Of a stretch of 64,000 bases of DNA, positions 37,812 through 47,227 are shown one piece after another. The stretch is from an uncultured virus (IMG/VR IMGVR_UViG_3300020404_001307) (taxonomy: Duplodnaviria; Heunggongvirae; Uroviricota; Caudoviricetes; Crassvirales), in the IMG/VR virus record IMGVR_UViG_3300020404_001307; one strand, 5' to 3'. The position numbers and the translations under genes were made by a program. Below the pieces are notes generated by a model, which saw nothing but the letters and a program-made list of their open reading frames with translations, was not told the DNA's origin and did no database searches. Each line of letters begins with the position of its first letter. The stretch's first letter is position 1.

Positions 37812-39116
37812 ATGAGTAAAAAAAGTCCTTTAAATATGAACATGAACCTCGTTAGAGGAGCGGCTCAAATAGCTAAAACCGAAGGTAGCGCTGATTTAGC
37901 TTTATCAAAAGGCGCTACTGAAACAGCTGCTTTTTTAGCACAAGGTATTGGCGCTGTTGTTCAAAAAAGAAACAAAGAGTTTAATGCAATAATGAAGCAG
38001 CAGTTAGGTAAAGAAGGTTTAACTGATGAAGAGTACAACAAATTGTACAAAAGGTTTCAAGAAAGAAGAGGAGCATACGTTTATTTAAATAAAAAAGAAC
38101 GTATGGATTTTGAAAGAGACTTGTTAAAAGAAGCTGAAGAAAAAAAGAAAAACGACGCAGACAGAGAAGAAATAGCTGATCTTGTTTCTGACGAGGACAA
38201 TGAAGTAGATACTGAACAAATAGATGACAGTACTATACAAGACATTGTTACGGGTAAAATAGAACCAACTAAAGATGATAAAGGTAGAGTTGGCTACGCA
38301 CTTAGTAGTGATGCATTACAAGAGTTTGTTATCAAAGATGAAAACGGCAACAACAGATTAAAAAGTTACAGAGGGTCTTGGGAAGATGATAGATTTACTG
38401 TATCAGAAGATGGCACTACTAAAACAGATAAGTTTGGTAATACGTATAGTAATGATGAAGCTGGATTTAGAGACTTTCAAAGATCTGCTAAGTTATATTG
38501 GATAAGAAAAGCTAAAGAAACTGGAGATAAGTTACTAATGTATAACTCAACTAGTGGTAAAAGAGAGTACTTAACACCTGAAGAAGCTGAAGCGTTACTA
38601 CAAGATGAGCAAAAATTTGTAACAGTAGATGAAATAAAAGATCATGTTAAGAGTAGGCAAAAGGATAATCAGTCATCTCAAAGTTTAAATACAAACATAA
38701 TGAATGGAAGCCAAAAAGCTCAGAACTTAAAAACTGGTGATTCTTTAGATTTTGATAGAGAAGAGGCTAGAAGTAGATATAATAAGTTAATAGACCAAGC
38801 TCCAGACATGCATAAGCTAGCAACTCAGGTAATGGTTGGTAGCACCTCATTTGAACAAGATCTTACAGAAAAATTAACAACAATGAAGTATGGAGATTTA
38901 GGCATTAGTGATGAAGTTGTTAATCAACTAGATCCTACTGATGATGGTCAAATATCTAGTAGCGATGCTTCAGTAATAGTAGACGGTATAATGCAAGACG
39001 AAAATATGTTAAGAGGTTATTTAACTGATTACTTTACTATATACGAAGAAAGAGAATTTAAAGCAAACATACCAACAGAATTAAAAGACCAAGCAAACGA
39101 AGATGAGTTTGCATAA
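37812..39116 (+). CDS. Putative internal virion / DNA-ejection protein
   Basis: Helical and charged; position in the module. Confidence 0.55.
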   Translation: MSKKSPLNMNMNLVRGAAQIAKTEGSADLALSKGATETAAFLAQGIGAVVQKRNKEFNAIMKQQLGKEGLTDEEYNKLYKRFQERRGAYVYLNKKERMDFERDLLKEAEEKKKNDADREEIADLVSDEDNEVDTEQIDDSTIQDIVTGKIEPTKDDKGRVGYALSSDALQEFVIKDENGNNRLKSYRGSWEDDRFTVSEDGTTKTDKFGNTYSNDEAGFRDFQRSAKLYWIRKAKETGDKLLMYNSTSGKREYLTPEEAEALLQDEQKFVTVDEIKDHVKSRQKDNQSSQSLNTNIMNGSQKAQNLKTGDSLDFDREEARSRYNKLIDQAPDMHKLATQVMVGSTSFEQDLTEKLTTMKYGDLGISDEVVNQLDPTDDGQISSSDASVIVDGIMQDENMLRGYLTDYFTIYEEREFKANIPTELKDQANEDEFA

Positions 39117-39148
39117 AATTATTATTAACGGGTAACTAACGTAACAGT

Positions 39149-42100
39149 ATGAAAAGATATCAATTAACAATTGATGGTGAAGTTATATTTAAAAATGTTT
39201 CACCACAAAAAGAAAAAGCATTTTTTGCTAAATACGGAAAATATAATCCGACTCTAGTTTCTCATGAGCCGGGAAAGTCGAAAGGGACGAGCCAGTCCCA
39301 AAACAATCAACAACAAAATACGGATTCCAGTTCGGAAGATGGTTCTGCGGAATCATTAGAGGGTAACGCTTTTACAAGGTTTATACAAAAATCTAAAAAA
39401 GGTTTACAAGACGGTACTTATTTAAACTGGGATAAAGACGAGAGCGCTTTACAAAACTTAGTAGATATATCTGGTGAGTTTAGTTATGCTATGTATGATA
39501 TAATAGCTAATCGTTTACCTGACGCTATAAGTGGTGGTATAGGTGATCAAAGTAAAGTTAGTGACAAAAAAGATTTAGCTAAACGCGGTGCCGATGTTGA
39601 TGAAGAGGTGATACAATCTATAGTAGATGATCACAATGAAAGAATAACAAAGCCACCGTCAGAGTCTATGAATAGGTTTATTAGCGAATATACTAGAGGC
39701 TCAGAGCAGTTTAAATCCAGAATGAAAAATTTAAATATCAACGCACCTGACTGGGCGGCTGATGCCTGGGGGTTTATACATGCTCAAGCAAAAGAGCCAG
39801 CTCAAGCAACTGAGCAATTAGTGAGATCTATGGGAGGGCAAGGTACTTATTTATTTGGAGATTTATTCAAAGAAGGCGATCCTTCTAATTTATTAGACAC
39901 AGTAGCTTATGGTGGGGCTGCTGCTAAAATGGTAGCGCTTGGCCCAGGTAGTATTAGGAAAAAAATAATCAGCGTGCCAATGGCTTTTGTTGGTGGTTCT
40001 ATATTTAGAATGAACCAGCAAATGGAGATGGCTAACACATTTACAGAGCTGTTAACTGAAGAACTAGCTAAAGAAGGAAAAGAGTTTAATTTAGATAACA
40101 TACAAGACTTTTTATCTGATGATGAAAAGTTTGATGAGATTAGACATAAATCTTGGAAAAGAGGTACTACTATAGGTGGTATAGAAGCTTTAGGTATGGG
40201 GCTTAGTGGTAAAGTTTATAGCTCTATGAAAGGGGCTACAAGGCTAGCTAAGCTTAAAAGATTAGCTGCAACGGCTGGCACAGAAGCGGTTGTAGGCTCA
40301 ACTGGTGAAGTGTTAGGTAGAGTAGCGGCAGATCAGGAAATGGACGTGTTAGATATCGGTTTTGAAGGAACGGCTGGCGCTGGCGGTGCTCCAATAAGTA
40401 TAGCAACGCAAATGTACTTACATAAAAAACCTAAGTATGTAGTTAAAGATTTAGATGGCAACGAGCATCAAGTTTCTAAACAAGACATGATAAACTTTAT
40501 AGAAAAGCAGTCGCCATCTGAAATGATAAAAGCTGATATTGATATTCAAAATGATCCAGAGGTTTCTAAAATATATAACGAAAAGTATCAAAGAGGAAAT
40601 ATAGACTCTCAATTAGACCCTACAATAGACGATGAAATCGATAGAAGTAGAGCGGTTGATTTAGAAATAAAAAAACAAGAGCTTGAAGGTAAAATACAAA
40701 ATGAAAAATTAACAAGTAATAAAGCTATATTTGAACAAGAGTTAGACAAAGTTCAGTCTGAGCTAAATCAAATAACAGCTAATTACTTAGAAGTCGGCCA
40801 AGAACAAGGTGCTCAAACTAGAATAGATCAAAGAGCACAAGACGCTAAATCACAAAGAGAAAGAGTTTTTAAAACTAACTTAGAGTTTGCTAAAAAACAC
40901 AGCGCTATATATGGACTTAAAGTAGATGATACATTAAGTAGGCAAGAGTTTCTTGAAAGGTTTGGTGAAGAGGCTGCTAATGCAGATGGGTTTATAGACA
41001 ATGAAACAGATACAATATATGTAAACGTAGAAGTAGCGTCTGTAACTAGAGCTGTTAATGTAGGTAACCACGAGTTGTTACATGGTATATTAAGAAAAGC
41101 TATGAGAGATAACCCTGGCGCTTTTAATAATATAGAACAAAAACTAGAATCAGCTATAGGCGAGCAATTTGAAGTAGTAAAACAAAGAGCTAGAGAAAAT
41201 TACACTGAACAAGAATTAATAGAAAGTCCAGATGAGTGGCTAACATTAACATCAGATGCTATAGCTAATGGTCAAATAACTTATAACGAAAGTTCTTTTC
41301 AAAATTTAATAGATATATTCCTACCTATCATTAGAAGATTTACTCCGTACAAACAAATAAATTTTGACAGCGGCCAAGCTATGTTTGAGTTTTTAAAAGA
41401 GTATAATAGAAGTATACATAAAGGAACTTTAAGTAGTGGTATAGTTAGAGAGACTGGAGGTAAAGTAAAAACTACTGGTAGAAAAATGTCTAAGTCTTTA
41501 GGCCAAACACCTTTAGAGGCTATAAACGATCTTGTGCCAGACGATATAAAAACTCAAGCAGATTTTTATAGACTTTTAGATGATGCTAGTGTTGAAAATA
41601 GAATTTTTGATGGTAAAAATTTAGCACCTGTTATAGAGCGTTACATTAGAAGCAAGGCTACCTCGCCTCAAGAGTCTGCCAAAATGGTTAATAGAGTAAA
41701 AGACAAGTTAATAAACTTTAATCCTGAAGCAACAAGAGCTGACGGCTCTGTAATAGGGCCTAAAGGTTTTGGCGAGTTTTTATTTGCCAATACTAGGTTT
41801 GCTAAGTTAGATGCTAAGAAAGCGCTGTTTAAAGAAGGTCAAAAAAGAAATGTAACTACATCTATAGATGATGATACTTCTTATACACAAATACAAGATG
41901 ACACAGCTAAAAAAGCTTTTGATTTAAATCAAAACGAACAGGTAGATACCGGTGGTATTGTTATTAAAACACAAAGAAAATTTCCTAATAAAGTTAAGCA
42001 AGACTTAAAAAAGAACATACAAGACACTCAGTACGAAAGAGGGGTTGATCAAAAGCCCTATGAGCAGGTTAAAAAAGACTTTATGTCTTATGATAAAATA

Positions 42101-45100
42101 GGCACTGGTACTACTAGAAATCAAGTCGTACCAACTGGCGTTGTATACCCAGCATTTGAATCTATATCAGAAGGTGTTTATGGTGTTGATCCTAGAACAA
42201 TAATAGCTCGTGGGCAAAACTTATCTTTGCAAGAGTCTAATGCCGCGCGTGCCCGTATAAAAGAAGACTTTGATAGCATAGGTGTTAAAGAATCTATATC
42301 AACAATATTTCCTTTGTTTCAATATAACACCGTGACAGGTAAGTCTGTAGGCATAAACAAATCTATACAAGACGCTTTCTACGATGCAGGCCCTGGTATA
42401 AGGGTACCTAACTTAAAAGGTAAAGCATTAAATTTAACTAAAATATCAGACAACGAAATAAAAGCTTTATTTGGAATAAACCCAGATAACACGCTAATGC
42501 CATATAAATCTAAGATGCCATGGGACGGCTTTATAAAAGGCTATATAACCCAAGCTTCCGCGGTTGCTATAAACCAAGAAGCGAGGCAAGTGGCTGGTAA
42601 GCCGCTAGCTAAAATAGGTATTAGTAAACCTAAAATGGTATTTAGTAAATCGTTGAACTCACTTAACAATATGTTCAATGTTAAAGATAATTTTTATATT
42701 GAGCAGTCTGGTAAAGATCAGGTTTTAAAATTTTATGGATTAGATAAAACTTATAAAATAAAAAATGAAACTGATATAGATGTTTTTATAGAAGAAGTTT
42801 TAAAGAAACATATATTTAAACTTGGTCCAAAAGAAATGTGGTTTGGCCCAGGTAAAGGAACGGCATTTACTAGCACCAGTAAAATATACGGATTAGGTTC
42901 TTTAAAAGATAAAAACGGCAAAAGCATAAAAGACGCTAACGGTAATAGTATACAAAATCCATTGTGGATAAAAATACAAGAAAAAATCCAAGCGTTAAAA
43001 GATGACAACACGGTAGTGTATGGTAAAGATATACCAGGCGTTGATTCAAAAGATATATGGACTCTAAGAAGCAAGTACAACACTTTGTTTAAAAACCCAA
43101 ATCAAATAAGAAATAACAAAGCAGATATAGTAGACTTTAATAGAAAAGTAAAGCTTATACATGAAGCACTTTGGGATAGAATAAATACTTCAATAAGAAA
43201 AGATAAGCAAAGTGCTAGAGCTATAGCAACGTACTTAGGCATGGTTGCTAATGACAGAACACATTGGCATAAGCTTGGCGCTCAAGTGGTAGGCTTTTCT
43301 ACAAAAATAAATAAATACAAAAATAAAAAAGGCGAAGTTCAAAATGCTAGATATGAACTAGAACACGCTATGCCTTCTACTAACGCTTACTTATATTTAT
43401 TAGACGCCGCGCTTGACGACAGCGTAAATTTTAACGCTACTTACGATTTAATTATAGATAACTATAAACTTATAGCTCTAGACAAAGCTCAAGATACTAA
43501 GTTAACTGGTTCTATAACAGAGTCTGGTTATAGCTTGCAGAAGCGTATGCCTGATAACTGGAGTGTTGTTGATGGCAAATTTTACCAAAGATATTTTAAC
43601 GATATAGTAGCTAAGATAGATGGCGGTATAGATCCAGCTTCTATAGAAATGTTAGACGGTAGCACTATGGCCGAGACTTATAAAATAAGAGTTGATGGCA
43701 CACCTAGTAATAGATCTTATAGTAAATCAACTTTAGATTATTCTAATAACAATAGAGAAGCTATACTAAATAGAATAAAGCATAGTAAGTCTGGTTATGA
43801 AAGAGGTATGTCTACGTTTGACTTTGACGATACACTTGGTTTTACTAAGTCAGGCGTTAGAGCCACAGTACCTAATTTAGATGATTTACCCAAGCCAAGT
43901 CGTAAAGTTATATTCTTAGCTGGTGGTGCTGGTAGTGGTAAAGGTAATGTGATAAGACAGCTTGGCTTAGAAAAACAGGGATTTAAAATAGTAAACTCAG
44001 ATATATCATTAGAGTGGTTAAAGAAAAACTCAGGCCTACCTGCTGATATGCGAGACCTAACTAAAGAACAAAGAAGTACGTTAGGTAAATTAGGCGCTGA
44101 GTCTAGAAAAATAGCTAGACGTAAAATGATGAAGTACCAAGGTAGCGCTAACGGTGTGGTTGTTGACGGCACTGGTGGTAGCGTAAAATCAATGACAAAG
44201 CTTGTAGATGAGTTTAAATCTAAAGGATATGATGTTAGTATGTTATTTGTAGATACTTCGTTAGACGTAGCCTTAGAGCGTAATAGAGCTAGAAAAGAAA
44301 GATCATTGTTAGATAGTATAGTAAAACGTAATCACGAAGCTGTACAAAACAATAAGTCTGCATTTAAAGAAATGTTTGGCAAAAGATTTATGGAGGTTAA
44401 TACAGATAAGTTAACTCAACAAGATCCTATGCCAAACAAACTAATAAAACAAATGGACGACTTTGTTTATAGTTATGAAAAGCTTAGGCTAGACGCAGAA
44501 GAGTTTGCTACGCAAGGAGATGATATACTTAACAGAGGTGGTACGTTTGACTTTTCAGAATTTAACGACGTTGTTGATGGTACGCCTGGTCCTTTATTAG
44601 ACAAAGCTAAACAACGTGCGGCTAAATTTGGAACTAAAGATATGTTTGTTTTAACTGCTAGACCTCAAGCTTCTGCCAAAGCTATACATGAATTTTTAAA
44701 ATCGCAAGGACTAAATATACCTATAGAAAATATAACTGGCTTAGCTGATAGTACTGGTAACGCTAAGGCGCAATGGATGTTAGGTAAGTTTGCAGAGGGT
44801 TATAATAACATGTACTTTGTAGATGATGCTTTACAAAATGTTGAAGCTGTAAAAAAAGTACTAGACCAGTTAGATATTAAGTCAGACGTAGTTCAAGCTA
44901 AAAGAAAGTTTAGTAAGACAGCTAGCGAAAACTTTAATACTATATTAGAAGAGTCTCAAAATGTTAACAGGCAAAGAACGTACTCATATGCTGAAGCTAA
45001 AAGATCTGGCGCAAACAAGGGTTGGTTTAGAATATTTGTTCCACCATCAGCTGAAGATTTTAAAGGTTTATTATATAGATTTTTAGGTAAAGGTAGGCAG

Positions 45101-47008
45101 GGTGAAATGCATATGAAGTATTTTAAAATAAAATTACTAGACCCATTTGCTAAAGGTATAAGATCTTGGAATATATATAAACAAGAAATGGTTAACGAAT
45201 ATAACCAATTAAAAAAAGATCACAAAGATGTTGTTGATATACTTTATGAAAACTTAGGAGACACAGGTTTTACTACTGACGCTGCGATAAGATTATACTT
45301 GTGGGATAAGGCTGGCTTTGATATACCAGGTATAGATAATACAACCAAACAAAGGTTAATAAACTTTGTTAAAGAAAATCCAGACGTTAGACAATTCGCT
45401 GATAACTTAGGCGCTATAACAAAAACAAAAGAAGGTTACGTTGCGCCTAGCGAAAATTGGTCTTTAGGCACTATAGCTAATGACTTAAACGATGTTGTTA
45501 ACAAGGTTGGTAGAAAGCAATTTTTATCAGAGTACTTAGCTAATGTTGAGGCCATGTTTACTCCAGACAATATGAATAAAATAGAAGCTCTATACGGAAC
45601 TAGCTTTAGAGAAGCTCTAGAAAACATATTATACCGTATGGAAAATGGTGGTAATAGAAGAATGAGTACTGATAGAAATGTTAACAGAATGTACAATTGG
45701 ATAAACGGTTCTATCGGTGCAATAATGTTTATAAATATTAGATCAGCGGTACTACAGACACTATCAACTGTTAATTTTATAAACTGGAATGATAATAATG
45801 TTTTTAAAGCAGCGGCCGCATTTGCTAATCAACCTCAATTTTGGGCTGACTTTGCAATGATATTTAATTCCGCGCAATTAAAACAAAGAAGAGCTGGCAT
45901 ACAAATAGATGTGTCAGCATCGGAATTATCAAGAGCGTTTGCTGATGGTAGAGGTACGCCACAATCAGTTATAAACTGGTTACTAGAAAAAGGTTTTACG
46001 CCCACGCAAATAGCAGATAGTTTTGCTATATCATTTGGTGGCGCTACTCTTTTTAGAAATAGATTTAATACTTACAAAAAGCAAGGGTTTACAGATACTC
46101 AAGCTCAAGAAAAAGCTATGGTAGATTTTCAAGAGATAGCTGAAGAAACTCAACAGTCATCAAGAGAAGATTTAATATCACAGCAGCAAGCTGGCCCTAT
46201 GGGTAGGTTAATACTAGCTTTTCAAAACGTTACAATGCAGTATACTCGTTTAACGAAAAAAGCTTTGGCTGATTTGTATTATGGTAGAGGTGATTTTAAA
46301 ACCAACATATCTAAAATAGTTTATTATGGCGTTGCTCAAAATATAATATTCGCATCACTTCAGTCAGCGCTAGCATTTATACTTTGGGGTAATGATGAAG
46401 AAGAAATAAAAGACAGAACAACAAGAACTTTAAATAGTGCGCTAGACTCTTTTCTTCGTGGTACTGGTATATATGGAGCTATAATATCAACGGTAAAAAA
46501 TACTATACTACAACATAAAAGACAAAAAGAAAAAAAGTGGGGAAGGGAAGATGGTAGAACTATATTAGAAATGGTTAACTTATCTCCACCTATAGGTAGT
46601 AAGCTTAGAAAAATATACAACGCTATAAAAACAGAGCAGTACAATAAAGGCGTAAGTGAAGAACTTGGTCTTCGTATAGAAAATCCTAACCTACACAAAT
46701 GGGCCAGTGTAATAGAAGCGTTAACTAATATACCAACTGAAAGAGTTGTTAGAAAAGCAAACAATATAGAAGAAGCTTTAACAAGTAATCATTTACTATG
46801 GCAAAGAATATTGCTAGCTATGGGTTGGAGTACTTGGAGTTTAGGTATAAAAGATGAGGAGCTTACTAAAGCTAGAGGTGATGCTAAAGAAACTAAAAAA
46901 AGAGAAAAAAATAAAGGTAAAGTTAGGTGTAAAGCTATTAAAAAAAGTGGTGGTAGATGTAAGAACACTACTAAGAATAAAAGTGGTAGGTGTTATGCTC
47001 ACCAATAA
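39149..47008 (+). CDS. Giant polyvalent internal virion protein (zincin, P-loop kinase, HAD phosphatase, C-terminal Zn-binding motif)
   Basis: HELLH; FLAGGAGSGKG; FDFDDT/LTAR/FVDD; terminal C-x9-C-x9-C-x2-H. Confidence 0.75.
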   Translation: MKRYQLTIDGEVIFKNVSPQKEKAFFAKYGKYNPTLVSHEPGKSKGTSQSQNNQQQNTDSSSEDGSAESLEGNAFTRFIQKSKKGLQDGTYLNWDKDESALQNLVDISGEFSYAMYDIIANRLPDAISGGIGDQSKVSDKKDLAKRGADVDEEVIQSIVDDHNERITKPPSESMNRFISEYTRGSEQFKSRMKNLNINAPDWAADAWGFIHAQAKEPAQATEQLVRSMGGQGTYLFGDLFKEGDPSNLLDTVAYGGAAAKMVALGPGSIRKKIISVPMAFVGGSIFRMNQQMEMANTFTELLTEELAKEGKEFNLDNIQDFLSDDEKFDEIRHKSWKRGTTIGGIEALGMGLSGKVYSSMKGATRLAKLKRLAATAGTEAVVGSTGEVLGRVAADQEMDVLDIGFEGTAGAGGAPISIATQMYLHKKPKYVVKDLDGNEHQVSKQDMINFIEKQSPSEMIKADIDIQNDPEVSKIYNEKYQRGNIDSQLDPTIDDEIDRSRAVDLEIKKQELEGKIQNEKLTSNKAIFEQELDKVQSELNQITANYLEVGQEQGAQTRIDQRAQDAKSQRERVFKTNLEFAKKHSAIYGLKVDDTLSRQEFLERFGEEAANADGFIDNETDTIYVNVEVASVTRAVNVGNHELLHGILRKAMRDNPGAFNNIEQKLESAIGEQFEVVKQRARENYTEQELIESPDEWLTLTSDAIANGQITYNESSFQNLIDIFLPIIRRFTPYKQINFDSGQAMFEFLKEYNRSIHKGTLSSGIVRETGGKVKTTGRKMSKSLGQTPLEAINDLVPDDIKTQADFYRLLDDASVENRIFDGKNLAPVIERYIRSKATSPQESAKMVNRVKDKLINFNPEATRADGSVIGPKGFGEFLFANTRFAKLDAKKALFKEGQKRNVTTSIDDDTSYTQIQDDTAKKAFDLNQNEQVDTGGIVIKTQRKFPNKVKQDLKKNIQDTQYERGVDQKPYEQVKKDFMSYDKIGTGTTRNQVVPTGVVYPAFESISEGVYGVDPRTIIARGQNLSLQESNAARARIKEDFDSIGVKESISTIFPLFQYNTVTGKSVGINKSIQDAFYDAGPGIRVPNLKGKALNLTKISDNEIKALFGINPDNTLMPYKSKMPWDGFIKGYITQASAVAINQEARQVAGKPLAKIGISKPKMVFSKSLNSLNNMFNVKDNFYIEQSGKDQVLKFYGLDKTYKIKNETDIDVFIEEVLKKHIFKLGPKEMWFGPGKGTAFTSTSKIYGLGSLKDKNGKSIKDANGNSIQNPLWIKIQEKIQALKDDNTVVYGKDIPGVDSKDIWTLRSKYNTLFKNPNQIRNNKADIVDFNRKVKLIHEALWDRINTSIRKDKQSARAIATYLGMVANDRTHWHKLGAQVVGFSTKINKYKNKKGEVQNARYELEHAMPSTNAYLYLLDAALDDSVNFNATYDLIIDNYKLIALDKAQDTKLTGSITESGYSLQKRMPDNWSVVDGKFYQRYFNDIVAKIDGGIDPASIEMLDGSTMAETYKIRVDGTPSNRSYSKSTLDYSNNNREAILNRIKHSKSGYERGMSTFDFDDTLGFTKSGVRATVPNLDDLPKPSRKVIFLAGGAGSGKGNVIRQLGLEKQGFKIVNSDISLEWLKKNSGLPADMRDLTKEQRSTLGKLGAESRKIARRKMMKYQGSANGVVVDGTGGSVKSMTKLVDEFKSKGYDVSMLFVDTSLDVALERNRARKERSLLDSIVKRNHEAVQNNKSAFKEMFGKRFMEVNTDKLTQQDPMPNKLIKQMDDFVYSYEKLRLDAEEFATQGDDILNRGGTFDFSEFNDVVDGTPGPLLDKAKQRAAKFGTKDMFVLTARPQASAKAIHEFLKSQGLNIPIENITGLADSTGNAKAQWMLGKFAEGYNNMYFVDDALQNVEAVKKVLDQLDIKSDVVQAKRKFSKTASENFNTILEESQNVNRQRTYSYAEAKRSGANKGWFRIFVPPSAEDFKGLLYRFLGKGRQGEMHMKYFKIKLLDPFAKGIRSWNIYKQEMVNEYNQLKKDHKDVVDILYENLGDTGFTTDAAIRLYLWDKAGFDIPGIDNTTKQRLINFVKENPDVRQFADNLGAITKTKEGYVAPSENWSLGTIANDLNDVVNKVGRKQFLSEYLANVEAMFTPDNMNKIEALYGTSFREALENILYRMENGGNRRMSTDRNVNRMYNWINGSIGAIMFINIRSAVLQTLSTVNFINWNDNNVFKAAAAFANQPQFWADFAMIFNSAQLKQRRAGIQIDVSASELSRAFADGRGTPQSVINWLLEKGFTPTQIADSFAISFGGATLFRNRFNTYKKQGFTDTQAQEKAMVDFQEIAEETQQSSREDLISQQQAGPMGRLILAFQNVTMQYTRLTKKALADLYYGRGDFKTNISKIVYYGVAQNIIFASLQSALAFILWGNDEEEIKDRTTRTLNSALDSFLRGTGIYGAIISTVKNTILQHKRQKEKKWGREDGRTILEMVNLSPPIGSKLRKIYNAIKTEQYNKGVSEELGLRIENPNLHKWASVIEALTNIPTERVVRKANNIEEALTSNHLLWQRILLAMGWSTWSLGIKDEELTKARGDAKETKKREKNKGKVRCKAIKKSGGRCKNTTKNKSGRCYAHQ

Positions 47009-47045
47009 ATGTGTAATAATAATAGTATAACAAAACAAAATAAAT

Positions 47046-47225
47046 ATGATTAATTGGATTAATTCCTGGAAAGCAGGTAACAAGAAAGAAATATATGAAT
47101 TAACATTTAGATTAGGAACGTGGACTATGTTTGAATTAATGTTTTGCCCTTGTGCAAAGTGCGATAACAAAGGAACATGTCCTAGATTTAGATTTATGAT
47201 TTTAAACTTTGGATTTGAAATATAA
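47046..47225 (+). CDS. Small Cys-containing hypothetical protein, 59 aa
   Basis: Manual translation MINWINSWKAGNKK...CPCAKC...MILNFGFEI. Confidence 0.6.
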   Translation: MINWINSWKAGNKKEIYELTFRLGTWTMFELMFCPCAKCDNKGTCPRFRFMILNFGFEI

Positions 47226-47227
47226 AA

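Noticed and set aside
39149..47008. crAss-like or N4-like virion RNA polymerase
   Set aside because: No convincing catalytic DxDxD context; the DFDDT motif is explained as HAD motif I
14237..47225. Identical C-terminus FGFEI in 14237-15025 and 47046-47225
   Set aside because: Only five residues in two otherwise unrelated proteins; cannot be distinguished from chance
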